64,000 nucleotides of DNA, from positions 1 through 64,000 of the forward strand of contig NIVC01000384.1 of NCBI GenBank assembly GCA_002269645.1. The letters run 5' to 3'. The stretch comes from Macrostomum lignano (taxonomy: Eukaryota). A program made the position numbers and the translations under genes. Of this stretch, positions 11,945 through 24,357 are shown piece after piece (within the stretch, counting starts at the first letter, position 1; each line of letters starts with the position of its first letter). The notes beneath the pieces are model-generated. The model was not told the DNA's origin. It saw only the letters and a list, made by a program, of their open reading frames with translations, and did not search any database.

Positions 11945-12296
11945 TACACTTACCACGTCGTCGTGCACCCTCCAGACGCCGTCGATGCTGATGAGGATAC
12001 CCAGCATACCCAGCAGTCGCATCAGTCCAAGTCGCGTGCTGAAGGCGAAGAGGTGATGGCTGCTCTCGTGGACGGGGATGTGATAGAAAGCTGAACAGCT
12101 TGGCGTCGGCCATTCCCTTGGTGATTTCGTCCAATGTGGGGATTTGCTGCTTCTCCAGGGTGACGAAGGCGTTTGAGATCTTGGAAGTCGTCCTGGCAGA
12201 TTCTGACCCCACCGTCGCTCTGTGGGCACCATCACCATTCGTGACACTCAGAACCTAGGACCTTTGATTGCCTCGATGATGCCCTGCTCTAGGGGG
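11945..12296 (-). mobile_element. Ty3/Gypsy reverse transcriptase relic
   Basis: Across frameshifts: LEQGIIEAIKGPRF*VSRMVMVP / DGGVRICQD / QIPTLDEITKGMADAKLFS / AFYHIPVHESSHHLFAFSTRLGL / LISIDGVWRVHDDVV. Confidence 0.85.
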
Positions 12297-13677
12297 ACAT
12301 GGCGACATGGCATATGCATTGATAGCTCACCGATGTAATCACATAGAAATGAAAACCTCTCCCACAACAAAAATACTGGATCCATCATGCATCGACGAAA
12401 TTTGATATGTAGTTACTATCGGAACGTTTTGATTGGGCAAATCACTTTATTCAGATTTACTAAGAAGCATCGAGGGCAAAAAAGGCAATGCTGTAAAGTT
12501 TAAGCTTGCGTGCCGCGAATGTTGCTCACATATTGCTTGTCCGATTCAATACACATCTGCTAGTCGATATTGGGGGTCGGGATAAGTTGATTGATTCGTG
12601 TGATTGCTCAAGATATAAGCGTTGCAGCTTGTTAATAAGAGCTTTATAAACTGGTAAAGCAGGTAAGCGACGAAGTAATGCAAAATGAGGCTTGAGAGCG
12701 CTATGAATGAGAGTCAGGTCATCAGAAGTGTGGCAAGAAACTGACGGATTCGAGTTGAATAGGACTAGACTAAATGTTGTGCTCTAAAAAAGAACTACTG
12801 AATGTCCCTGCTTTGACATGCATAATGAACCTAGTAGGTAAGCATGATGAGCGATGCAAGTTGCACACTTTGCCCGTTTATAGATTTCGACTTTCAAGCC
12901 AATTCATTAGTATCATATGTCTGCAGAAAACATTTCGAATGCACCCATTGTTCCATCCGAATCTATAGATCGTTGGATTTTAGTAACTATGCTATAGGTG
13001 CGTGTCCTTGGCGAGCAAACTAATGACGAAATTGCCGACTTCGAAATGCAAACACAAAGAAAGAGAACGGAATGTAGCGAGCACAATGGCTAATTGGAAG
13101 GAGCGACTCGACATTTTCGATCATTAACTATCTATAGCTTCGTCATTCACTGTCAGAGCATCTTTCTCACCGGGAGTTACACTTCGTCCAATTGTCGGGA
13201 CTGCGTATTTAAGAAGCAACCGAAGAAGATCGCGGGAAACGTCTGACTGATGCGACTGCAACAGTTGTTTTGTTTTGTAACAACCGCCTCGGTACAACCT
13301 TGTCAGCTTCACATGCAGAAAAGGTAGGGTAATAATAGTTTTCATGCTTTTCAAAGTATCGAGCATCCTTAAGAACATCCCAGAGATAAGAGGGCAGAGG
13401 CTACCCTTCTTATTGTAACTGGTACGTTTATAGGACTATATGTACGTCTATTTCAAAGACCGCTAAAAGTTGAGCTTTTGAGCGGAAAGCAAATCCTTAG
13501 ACTGAGATAGATAAGATTCCGAGATTAGAGGGTCTGGTAAAAGCAGGCTTTTCAAAAGCTTAAAGAAAAGTTACTGCTGCTAGTTCGTATTGAAAGCAAA
13601 CCGAGAATTGAGTCTCTGGTGGGTTCAATTCTGCGCAGAACCACATTAAGTTTACGAACGTGTAAGTTCGATCGAGC

Positions 13678-14130
13678 ACAGAATGGGCTAGTCGCGCCCA
13701 TGAGGGAGAGCTGTCGAGGCACACGGAATGGGCTAGTCACGCCCATGAGGGAGAGCTGTCGAGGCACACAGAATGGGCTAGTCGCGCCCATGAGGGAGAG
13801 CTGTCGAGGCACACGGAATGGGCTAGTCACGCCCATGAGGGAGAGCTGTCGAGGCACACAGAATGGGCTAGTCACGCTCATGAGGGAGAGCTGTCGAGGC
13901 ACACGGAATGGGCTAGTCACGCCCATGAGGGAGAGCTGTCGAGGCACACAGAATGGGCTAGTCACGCCCATGAGGGAGAGCTGTCGAGGCACACGGAATG
14001 GGCTAGTCACGCCCATGAGGGAGAGCTGTCGAGGCACACGGAATGGGCTAGTCACGCCCATGAGGGAGAGCTGTCGAGGCACACGGAATGGGCTAGTCAC
14101 GCCCATGAGGGCCAGCCGTCGAGGCACAGT
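13678..14130. repeat. 45-bp minisatellite, ~10 near-identical copies
   Basis: GAATGGGCTAGTCACGCCCATGAGGGAGAGCTGTCGAGGCACAC(A/G); period 45 (13681, 13726). Confidence 0.95.
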
Positions 14131-14747
14131 GTATGCACAGCCTCACGAGAAAGTTAGGTCTGCTGTGTATCCTGTCTGTGCAAGTGCGTGCACCTGCGTA
14201 CGTACGAGCTATACCTGTAACTTGTGCGCGAGGCTGCTTGCTCGGGGGCACTCAAAATGGGCATTAGGCAAATCCTCGAGTCGCGTTAGATAAACTCTTT
14301 TCTCGTCAATGAAAAGTTTCACAGGCGAATCCGACATTCAAAGTATTATAATCATGATTTCGGATCTCGTGCCCCTACAAGTCCATATACTATATGTACT
14401 TTAGAATTCGAAGTCCTTGTCAATAGAACTGTCATTAGAAATCTTTGGCACTAGGGAGAGGGCGAGAGTTCAGACGCGGACGAGCGTGACTAAGTGTCCT
14501 GATTAGGGATCGAGGCTCCACCCATTCCTCTCAGAATAACTGGCATGAAGTGTTATTCATCAACCGCGAGCGCAACTACGGTGCGCGTCTCGGGTTCCAA
14601 TCTTCGACTAATCTCTCTCCACGGGGAGGGGATTTGGGTTGGAGGGTTTCAAATATTTACACCGATTCTAATTACAATATTTACAGAGCGCCTACCCTAA
14701 AAGCGTTTATCCTCATCCTTTGCAGAATTACATGTCAGAATATAATA

Positions 14748-15059
14748 TAATAGTAATAATAATAACAATAATAGATTACATCTGCCTCAATTGGGCCAGA
14801 TGCAGCTCAGCCGCAGCTATTGCGCGGCGCATCTGAAGGCTGTGTACGGCTGTTCAGTCCAAGGACTGGGGGCTCGCCACATGCACCCTCAATTGCCCCA
14901 GCTAATGCTGGCACTCATTTTACAGCTGGGTAAACTGAAGCAATGCAGAGTTAAGTAAGTGTCTTGTTCAAGGACACAAATTGTTCCGAGTGGGATCGAG
15001 AATCGAACCCCCGACCTTCAAGTCGTGAGTCGGACGCTCTAACCATTAGGCTACATCCC
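14748..15059 (-). mobile_element. tRNA-derived SINE with a CORE/Meta-like conserved domain, copy 1
   Basis: Minus strand: A-box TAGCCTAATGG, B-box GGTTCGATTC, then GTGTCCTTGAACAAGACACTTA...CCCAGCTGTAAAATGAGTGCC, and an (ATT)n-like tail. Confidence 0.85.
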
Positions 15060-15764
15060 TTTGTAGGACTATGCATCAGATAGGAACACTAATAAACCAT
15101 TTTCCGCACTGAACACGATAGTCGTGATATTCAACGATTCATTCAGGAAGTTTGAATTTTGATTAATGCGCCCAATTTCGATGGTTAATATCCAATTGAC
15201 TTCTGCTTCTTCGTTGGCTATCAGACATTATACGTTTTCGGAACGATCGATGTATAAGAAAATTATCAAGTCATTCGATCTCCTGTCCACTCCACATCTA
15301 TTAACTCAAATTCCAGTCCACTCCACATCGAATTCCTCAAGCTCCTTTGCAGGAAATTGTCAATCTAAATCAGCTCGGATGCAAGCAATTTAGCAAAGAG
15401 GCTTCTGCCCTCGGCCGTATCCCTCACAGGAAAGCAGAGCAGTGCTCAGGTGTTCCCCGGACAGGTCTAGTATTAGAAAAACAGGATCTTCAGTTCTGAG
15501 AGGCAGATTTGGACTTTGCGGGAAGCTCCGGCCGCTTACAGTTATCAATGCATCCGCGGCTTAAGTGTGGCATGAGTGCTCAGAATGCCTTCCGTGCCAG
15601 CGAATTAATTAATTCGATTTCTGCCTATACATAGAGGGAATGAATCCGTGCAACAGCTAGTCTTATGCGAACAAGACGCCTTTCATTCACTGAGATGCCT
15701 CAGGTTTATGAGCTGTTAGTTGGCATTGCTGAATCCATCCTTGACCTCAGATTTTGAAGTCCCC

Positions 15765-16675
15765 GTCATGACCTCCCTTTTTTGACCTTTCTGTTTTGAC
15801 CCCCTGTCTTGACCTCCCCGTTTTGACCTCCCTGTTTTGACTTCCCTGTCTTGACCTCCCTGTTTCGACCTCCCTGTTTTGACCTCCCTCTCTTGACCTC
15901 CCTGACTTGACCTCCCTGTTTTGACCTCTCTGTTTTTGACCTCCCCGTCATGACCTCCCTGTTTTGACCTCCCTGTTTTGACCTTCCTGTTTTGACCTCC
16001 CCGGTTTGACCTCCCTGTGTTTGACCTCTCTGTTTTGAGCTCCCTGTTTTCACCTCCCTAGCTTGACCTCCCTGTTTTGATCTCCCTGGCTTAACCTCCC
16101 TGTCTTGACCTCCCTGCCTTGACTTCCCTGTCTTGACCTCCCTGTTTTGACCTCCCTGTCTTAACCTCCCTGTCTTGACCTCCCTGTCTTGACCTCCCTG
16201 TTTTGACCTCCCCGTCATGACCTCCCTGTTTTGACCTCCCTGTTTTGACTTCCCTGTCTTGACCTCCCTGTTTCGAGCTCCCTGTTTTGACCTCCCCGTC
16301 TTGACCTCCCTGTCTTGATCTCCCTGTTTCGAGCTCCCTGTTTTGACCTCCCCGTCTTGACCTCCCTGTCTTGACCTCCCTGTTTTGACCTCCCCGTCAT
16401 GACCTCCCTGTTTTGACCTCCCTGTTTTGACCTCCCTGTTTTGACCTCCCTGCCTTGACTTTCCTGTCTTGACCTCCCTGTCTTGACCTCCCTGTCTTGA
16501 CCTCCCTGTCTTGACCTCCCTGTTTTGATCTCCCTGTTTTGACCTTCCTGTTTTGACCTCCCCGGTTTGACCTTCCTGCCTTCACTTCCCTGTTTTGACC
16601 TCCCTGGCTTGACCTCCCTGTGTTTGACCTCTCTGTTTTGACCTCCCTGTTTTCACCTCCCTGTCTTGACCTCCG
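15765..16675. repeat. ~14-bp minisatellite (TTGACCTCCCTGT(T/C))
   Basis: Unit read directly, ~60 copies. Confidence 0.95.
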
Positions 16676-17291
16676 TATCTAACGTACCTAGATTTCGAAA
16701 TTGCTGCAATTTTCGGCATCCAAAAAGTTTGAAAGGTTGACAATAAAACTATTGGTAAGCTTTTCGTGTTTTTATATATTTTCAATCCGAGAGTAAAAGT
16801 ACACGAAGTGATGTAAAATTAGAAAAGCTTGGACGATAGCTCAGTGCAGCTGTGCTATCAAATTTCTGATATAAAATAAATGCATCGCTTGCATTGTAAC
16901 TGGCAAACTCAATGAAGGCTCTCTCATAAAAGAGTCGAAACATAAAACTGGGACAAACGAGCATAAACAGATCGATGCCGCCTTTGATCAGAGCTTGCCC
17001 TGGCTCAGGCAGGATTTATTTAGACCCGTAACTGCAGGGTGTTCTCAGCTCATCAAACTAATGAGCAGCTAAGACAGAGGCAACAGTTCCTAGGCAGTGG
17101 GTAAATGATCATTAAGGAAATTGGAGTCGATTCACCTGCTTCACGGAGTCTGTAGCGATGCTGACATTTTGGGATTGGAATTTATCTGAGAATCTAAGCA
17201 TAGACTCTTATCTTTGCATCTGCGACTGAGAGGCTGATGAGTAGGGTTGATGTCGAGTTCCCGATAAGTTTTTTGATCCAGTGAGATATTG

Positions 17292-17955
17292 CATCAAGAC
17301 ATTGGGTGCTCACATCAAGACATTGGGTGCTCACATCAAGACATTGGGTGCTCACATCAAGACATTGGGTGCTCACATCAAGACATTGGGTGCTCACAGC
17401 AAGACATTGGGTGCTCACAGCAAGACATTGGGTGCTCACAGCAAGACATTGGGTGCTCACATCAAGACATTGGGTGCTCACAGCAAGACATTGGGTGCTC
17501 ACAGCAAGACATTGGGTGCTCACAGCAAGACATTGGGTGCTCACAGAAAGACATTGGGTGCTCACAGCAAGACATTGGGTGCTCACAGCAAGACATTGGG
17601 TGCTCACAGCAAGACATTGGGTGCTCACAGCAAGACATTGGGTGCTCACAGCAAGACATTGGGTGCTCACAGCAAGACATCAGGGTGCTCACAGCAAGAC
17701 ATTGGGTGCTCACAGCAAGACATTGGGTGCTCACATCAAGACATTGGGTGCTCACAGCAAGACATTGGGTGCTCACAGCAAGACATTGGGTGCTCACAGC
17801 AAGACATTGGGTGCTCACAGCAAGACATTGGGTGCTCACATCAAGACATTGGGTGCTCACAGCAAGACATTGGGTGCTCACAGCAAGACATCAGGGTGCT
17901 CACAGCAAGACATTGGGTGCTCACAGCAAGACATTGGGTGCTCACATCAAGACAC
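17292..17955. repeat. 21-bp minisatellite (CAAGACATTGGGTGCTCACA(G/T)), ~31 copies
   Basis: Unit read directly. Confidence 0.97.
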
Positions 17956-18039
17956 ACGGGCTGGTGCCAAGATAGAACCATTTTTAATTCCTAGATCTGT
18001 ATACTCATGAAAGCTCCTCCTATTATTATTATTACTTTA

Positions 18040-18360
18040 GGAAATAATAATATTAATATTTGATTACACCTGCCCCAATTGGGCCAGATGTGCATCCGAC
18101 AGCTCAGCCGCAGCTATTGCGCGGCGCATCTGAAGGCTGCGTACGGCTGTTCAGTCCAAGGACTGGAGGGGGGGGGGTCGCCACACACAGCCTCAATTAC
18201 CGCAGCTAATGCTGGCACCCATTTTACAACGGGGTGAGCTAAAGAAATGCAGAGTTAAGTGTCTTGCTCAAGGACACATATCGTTCCGTGTGGGATCAGG
18301 AATCGAACCCCGACCTTCAAGTCATAAGTCCGACGCTCTAATCATTAGGCTACGGTCCCT
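18040..18360 (-). mobile_element. tRNA-derived SINE with a CORE/Meta-like domain, copy 2
   Basis: Colinear and highly similar to 14748-15059; same boxes and AT-rich tail. Confidence 0.85.
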
Positions 18361-19272
18361 TGTTGTTCAGGAAGGCTTAATGTCAAAAGAAATCTCCCCC
18401 ATCGAAAAATCATAACCAAAAGTACAGGTGCACACAAACAACAAGAGAATTAGTTTACAAATGTGATTAATTTCCGCCTTCTGGGATCAATCCGAGCAGA
18501 CAAAGAGGGTTACGGCGATAATATCGAATTTCTCAGGAACAATACTAAATAGACGGGCCATATGGGTTAAAAAACTAGGAAATATTGAGTAATCCAACAC
18601 CCCATATCCTATACTGGCACTAAGGGACCTTTCCCCATGTTGTCTCATCTACGGGAATTTCTATGTCTACTGGGCCTCTGATTCATAGGATACGGGATTT
18701 GTAAACCGATCGAATGCAGTAGCTATAGTGACCACTTCATCGGATAGTTGAGCTCGGCTGCATCTTGCTTGCATGCTCTGCACACCCCCATTATAGCTGT
18801 GGAACTCACAGATGGAGCCTGGGCTATACTGACGAATGCGTTGATTGGTTCTTTCCCCTTTTAGCGTTCGACTGGGGCCTCTCTCTCTCTCTCTCCCTAC
18901 TTATACCTCACTCCCCACACGCGACGAGGCCGTCAATTTTGCTAGCCTCCAGCTTTGTCCCGCTGGCTAGGTACAAGAAGCACACGAAAAAGAGAGTAGG
19001 GGGAAAGGAGATTGGTAACTGCAGAATGCTATATCAATAGTTGGTATGCAGCAGCCACGCCAGCACTGACCAGCCGAGGCCAAAGCTTCTCCGCGTAATC
19101 GACAGTCGCTTGAGGACATTCTTCTTCTTTCTACACGCCTGTGTCACTCTCGCCTAGCTGATTTTTCTATCCATTTCTTTTTTCGACCAGAAATTGCCAC
19201 TCGCAGCAGCAGCAGCAGCAGAAGCAGCAGCAGCAGAAGCCAGTGCAGCCCAGTCGCCCCCGCCCAGTTGCC

Positions 19273-20010
19273 ATGGGCTGCGGGCCCAGCGCTGCAACAG
19301 CCGCGGTGGCCGAAGCTGCAGCCGCGGAAACTGACGCAAAAATCTTTGAAACGTCCCAGTCGACAGCGCAGAGCCATCAGCAGCATCAGCGAGTCGGTGT
19401 CGCCCAAATATGCGACACCTCAGCCAAGTCGGCCGTCAGCCTCCGAAGCGGCATCTCGACGAGAACAAACGAGGCCGGCGGCCAGCAGCCCGCGTCGGCT
19501 GCAGACGATATCGAGGCGGAGGCGAAAAACGAAGTCAGCCTACAGTCGGCGGTGCTCATCCAGAAGTGGTACCGGCGTTACAAGGCCCGGCTAGAGGCCC
19601 GCAGACAGACCAGCTGGATGATCTACCAGAGCATCGAGTACTCCAGCGAGTCCAGCCAGCTGCACCTGTACAATTTCTTTAACGACATGCTGCGCCTCGG
19701 AGGCGGCGGTGTCGGCGGGGCGTCTGCGAATGCCGGCTTTGCAGAGCGACTGCGGCAGAAAAGCATCGAAGAGGAGGACGAGGAGCTGCTTGAGCACACT
19801 GGCTACTCGGAAATGACCGTGGAGAGGAACTACAAGGGCCCGAAGTTGAGCTTCCCGTTGAGCGCCACTCACGTGCAGCTGATGATTGACAGTTTCAGGC
19901 AGGGCGGCCTGCTTCACGCCCGGTACCTGCTGCAGCTGCTGCACGAAACCAGATCGGTGCTGAAAACGCGGCAGAATATTCAACTGGTCAGCAGTAGCAT
20001 ATCAAAGCAG
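19273..20010 (+). CDS. PPEF: Ser/Thr protein phosphatase with EF-hands (PPEF/rdgC), coding exon 1
   Basis: MGCGPS N-terminus (acylation motif typical of PPEF); IQ motif AVLIQKWYRRYKAR; IYQSIEYS; donor CAG|GTGAGA, phase 0. Upstream acceptor at 19189-19190. Confidence 0.95.
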
Positions 20011-20066
20011 GTGAGATTAGAACGTTTTTGTTTGCAGTCTCTAAGATCTGCATTGTTAGAAATAAC

Positions 20067-20666
20067 CAGGAGCGCCGCCAATGGGGGGGGGACAAGGGGG
20101 GCATGTTCCACCAGTAAAAGCTATAGGTGGAACATGCCAATGTCCGGCCCACTCCATCTTGCGACCCGTTACGGAATTTATGGAATTTTGCTTCAGGGCG
20201 CCAAAAATGAGTGCCTGCCTGTGGCGCCAAAATGAGTGCCTGCCTGTGGCGCCAAAATGAGTGCCTGCCTGCGGCGCCAAAAAAATGAGTGAATGCCTGC
20301 GGCGCCAAAAATGAGTGAATGCCTGCGGCGCCAAAAAAAGAGTGAATGCCTGCAGCGCACAAAATGAGTGAATGCCTGCGGCGCCCAAAATGAGTGAATG
20401 CCTGCGGCGCCAAAAAAAGAGTGAATGCCTGCGGCGCACAAAATGAGTGAATGCCTGCGGCGCCCAAAATGAGTGAATGCCTGCGGCGCCAAAATGCGTG
20501 ACTGCCTGCGGCGCCAAAATGAGTGCCTGCGGCACCAAAATGAGTGCCAGCGGCGCCACAATGAGTGCTAACAACACCGATTCCCAAAATAATGTAGGAA
20601 CTTAGTCATGTAGAATTCTTGGCTTTGTCTCCCCCGCCCAACATGAAATCCATGGCGACGCTCCTA
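20067..20666. mobile_element. hAT-type MITE with an expanded internal minisatellite, in PPEF intron 1
   Basis: Termini CAGGAGCGCCGCCA / TGGCGACGCTCCTA; 8-bp flanks GAAATAAC / GAGATGTC match at 5/8; GCGCCAAAATGAGTG-based array at 20197-20570. Confidence 0.7.
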
Positions 20667-21010
20667 GAGATGTCAAGGTATCTTTATGAAAAGTCATAAA
20701 ATAGCGACACCCTTGCTCTTCTGAATGTTGGTGTACGGATATAACTTAGGTGCGTGCGTTAAAGCAAACAAACAAATTTACGGAGCCGATATGTAGCCCT
20801 TGATTCGCATCAATTCCGTGAATAATCACTTTTTTGTTATTTCATACTGTAACCGCCTGATGACGAAAACCAAAAGCCGTTGAATTCAACTCAGGAGCGG
20901 TGATGCGCACTCAGACACCACTGACGAATCCAACCTTTCATTAAAAGCAGCTAGACTTAGTAATAAAAATGCTTTCGCTGAATGCTAATTTCCATGCTCC
21001 CATATTGAAG

Positions 21011-21223
21011 GTGACAGTAGTTGGCGATCTTCACGGCAAGCTGGAGGACCTGCTGATTGTGCTGTACAAGAACGGCCTGCCAGACGTCACCAATCCGTAC
21101 ATCTTCAACGGCGACTTTGTGGACCGAGGTCCCAATTCGGTGGAGATCTTGGCGATTTTGTTCGCCTGCCAGCTGGTCTGGCCGTCAGCCGTCTTCCTTA
21201 ATAGGGGCAACCACGAGGATCAG
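21011..21223 (+). CDS. PPEF: PPEF exon 2 (catalytic motifs GDLHG, GDFVDRG, RGNHE)
   Basis: AG acceptor at 21009-21010; donor CAG|GTGAGA; 213 nt, phase 0/0. Confidence 0.97.
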
Positions 21224-21271
21224 GTGAGAGCTTTGTGCTGCACTTCCAACAGCCAATCAGGGCAAAAGGGC

Positions 21272-21712
21272 GGGGGAGTGAGGTGGTTGGTGGAGTGAAA
21301 GGTAATTTACTGTGCAGACAAGCTGAACTGGCAGCCAATAGGAGCAGAGATTGGGGAAGGACGGGGAGTGAGGTGGTTGGTGGAGTGAATGGTAAGCGAC
21401 TGTGCAGACAAGCTGAACTGGCAGCCAATGAGAGCAGAGATTGGGGAAGGACGGGGAGTGAGGTGATTGGTGGAGTGAATGGTAAGCGACTGTGCAGACA
21501 AGCTGAACTGGCAGCCAATGAGAGCAGAGATTGGGGAAGGACGGGGAGTGAGGTGGTTGGTGGAGTGAAAGGTAAGCGACTGTGCAGACAAGCTGAACTG
21601 GCAGCCAATGAGAGCAGAGATTGGGGAAGGACGGGGAGTGAGGTGGTTGGTGGAGTGAAAGGTAAGCGACTGTGCAGACAAGCTGAACTGGCAGCGAATG
21701 AGAGCAGAGATT
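21272..21712. repeat. 90-bp tandem repeat, ~5 copies, in PPEF intron 2
   Basis: Period 90 (21277, 21367, 21457...). Confidence 0.95.
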
Positions 21713-22872
21713 GTCTGCCCGTTAGATTGGAAACTGGTGCGGATATTGGGATTTGAAACTATAGCTTATGCAGAAAATATTGTAATTCCAAGAAAAGCAG
21801 AAGCCTCATATACAGGCGGAATTTTCCAAGATCTTTTAAATTCTCTAGTTATTGTAAAATACTATTTCTACAGTATGGTCACATAAAAATACAGGTGCGA
21901 GTATGATTAATAATAATGCATTTTAAGGATATAGTTCCTCACCCGAACCGGCCTAGATGTAAATAACCCTCCTAGATGTATATAATCACACAAATTCAAA
22001 AGCCGGATCTTAGCACAGCATCTGCTCACCATCGTGCGTTCGCAGAGTACAAATTAATTATTGACATTTTCGGTCCCATATCAGGGTTGCAGGCTCGAGT
22101 AGCACGAGAGCTTTCCGAAAAATCAAAAGATTTTTCTTATTTTGGGCGCAGGAAGCCTCCAGGGGCCCGGGGGGGGGGTAGGGAAATGACAGAGGACGTC
22201 TTTTTCAGTGGCAAGTTACGAGTTATCTTTGAACGAGCAAAATTTTGTGCCTGTTGGATGATAGTTAAGCATCAGCTGCAGATGGGCAAGAGGGAAAGAT
22301 CTTTTCTCTTTGATAGCCTCGCCTAGCAACCCGGACGCTTATACTGTACATGACCTGATCAGAGGGAAGGAGGGGAATAGCTAGGATGGGAGAAGCTAAA
22401 TTAGTAGCTTATAGCTGAGACGACAGTGTTTTCCAGCTTGATACGTATACGCAGTTGCACTTGAGGATGCCTGAAGCAAATTGTCGATGAAAAGATCACT
22501 GTTTTAAGGGCTCGTAATCGTTTGAAGAAACTGCAATTTATGAAGTAAATTTTGTTCATAGCTTGTACAAAAAAACGCTTTTGAAGGTGAAAAAGTACCG
22601 AATGCCTCTATATAGCCACTAAGTCCTACTGCCTAAAGCCTTCTTTGCTCAATGTAAGCTCGTGCAGCAGAAACTCAAGATCTCTCCTGTAGCGACTTAT
22701 CCAAACTCAATTAAGTTGAAAGGTTTTCGGCAGTGGTTGGACAAGTTATTTTTTTTAAAGTAACGTTAAAACAAGGTACGAGTACGATCGTTACCCAAAA
22801 ACTAACGATAATTTTCTTGGTAACAAGCGTCATTCGTAAAGTAAAATAAGTCGTGCTCTGTGCGAGCAAAGG

Positions 22873-23149
22873 CTGGGGCGTCGCCATCGGGGGGGGGGGC
22901 AGGGTGCATGTCCCCCCCAGTAAAAGCTATGGGGGCATTCCAACGCTTTGTTCCTCTCCCACCACACATTATGCTCTGGCGCAATATAATGAATAACTGT
23001 GGCGCCAAAATGAGTGCCTACTTGCGGCGCTAAAATGAGTGCCAACAATACCGATTCTCAAAATTTTGACTTGAGGGAATTTATTCATTTGCATGTGGAA
23101 TTCTTGGCTTTGTCCTCCCCCCACTATAAAATACATGGCGACTCCCCTG
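22873..23149. mobile_element. hAT-type MITE of the same family as 20067-20666, in PPEF intron 2
   Basis: Termini CTGGGGCGTCGCCAT / ATGGCGACTCCCCTG; 8-bp TSD AGCAAAGG / AGCAAAAG (7/8); shared internal sequence. Confidence 0.75.
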
Positions 23150-23310
23150 AGCAAAAGGGATGCTTCAACTGACTCGATAACTTTTTTAGCTTTCTAGCTC
23201 GTACTACCAGTTCGAGTTCGTGAAACACCCCCGCCACATTGATGCATGTAAAACACCTGCAGAATGATGAACATGAGCAAAAGTCAGCCTCAATGTCCCT
23301 TAAAAATCAG

Positions 23311-24264
23311 GTGATGAACCTTCGCTACGGCTTCATAAAGGAGGTCCAGTACAAATATCGCCAGACTGCCAACAAATTGCTGAACATGTTCAGCGAAGTG
23401 TTCGCTTGGATGCCCCTAGCAACCGTTATTGACGACAGGGTGTTTGTCACCCACGGCGGCATCTCGGACAAGGTCGACTTGGACAGAGTTCGGAGACTCG
23501 ACCGGCATCGGTACGTGAGCGTGCTCCGGCCGCCGGTGGCAAAGTCTAGCGATGAGAAGGTGGACTACATGGAGTGGCGCCAGGTGCTGGACCTGCTGTG
23601 GAGCGACCCGAAGGCGCAGCAGGGCTGCAAGCCGAACACGTTCCGCGGCGGCGGCTGCTACTTCGGACCGAATGTGACCCGAGCGTTTCTGGACAAGTAC
23701 GGCTACAAACTGCTGGTGAGGTCGCACGAGTGCAAGCAGGACGGTTGGGAGTTTTGCCACGAGGACACCGTGCTGACGGTCTTCTCCGCCTCCAACTACT
23801 ACGAGGAGGGCAGCAACAAGGGCGCCTACGTGAAGTTCGACAGCGAGTGCCGGCCCCGACTGGTGCAGTTCGTGGCCAGCCGGAGGGACAAGCTGCCGAA
23901 GGGCCAGCGGTTGTCCAGCGTGGAGGAGAGCGCGCTGCGCGATTTGCGCGGCAAAATTCTGGCCAGCAAAAGCGAACTAATCGACGCTTTCCTGCGTCTG
24001 GATCCGGAGAAAACCGGCGCGATCCGGGTGTCGCAGTGGTGCAGCACCATGGAGGAGAAGCTCAGACTGGAGCTGCCCTGGCGCACGCTGCGGCCACACC
24101 TAGCCCAGCTCAACAAGGATGGCCGCCTGTTGTACATGTCCACATTTCAGCGAGCGGCCATTCAGCACCGACTGAGCGGAGGCAAGGAGATGGCTAACTC
24201 GGTCACAGAAACCGTGTACAAGAACAGGGAGGAGCTGGAGACGATTTTTAGAATCATGGACAAG
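23311..24264 (+). CDS. PPEF: PPEF exon 3 (THGG, DLLWSDP, RSHE, FSASNYYEEGSNKGAY, start of the EF-hand region)
   Basis: Acceptor ATCAG; donor AAG|GTAAAT; 954 nt, phase 0/0. Confidence 0.97.
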
Positions 24265-24357
24265 GTAAATATTTTAGAATTCGATAAACGAAGGTAGAGG
24301 ATAAATTGAATTTCTATAATATTTTCTGAAGTCATGTAGCTGGAGATGATACATATA

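Noticed and set aside
13124-13378. 84-aa minus-strand ORF and neighbouring frames
   Set aside because: No recognisable motif or splice support; may be decayed mobile DNA.
13552-14293. Repetitive ORFs on both strands
   Set aside because: Translations of the 45-bp array.
14990-15059. tRNA genes at the SINE heads (also ~18290-18360, ~33040-33120, ~47200-47277)
   Set aside because: Each continues into a SINE body and tail, and the cloverleaf pairing is imperfect.
15766-18010. Numerous repetitive ORFs (GRSKQGG, TLGAHSK, STQCLAV)
   Set aside because: Open in several frames and on both strands because of the 14- and 21-bp arrays.
19243-20235. 330-aa ORF as a complete protein
   Set aside because: The true start is MGC at 19273; homology ends at the donor at 20010 and the rest is intronic MITE.
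19410-24197. Overlapping alternative-frame and antisense ORFs within PPEF exons
   Set aside because: Shadow ORFs caused by GC3-rich codon usage.
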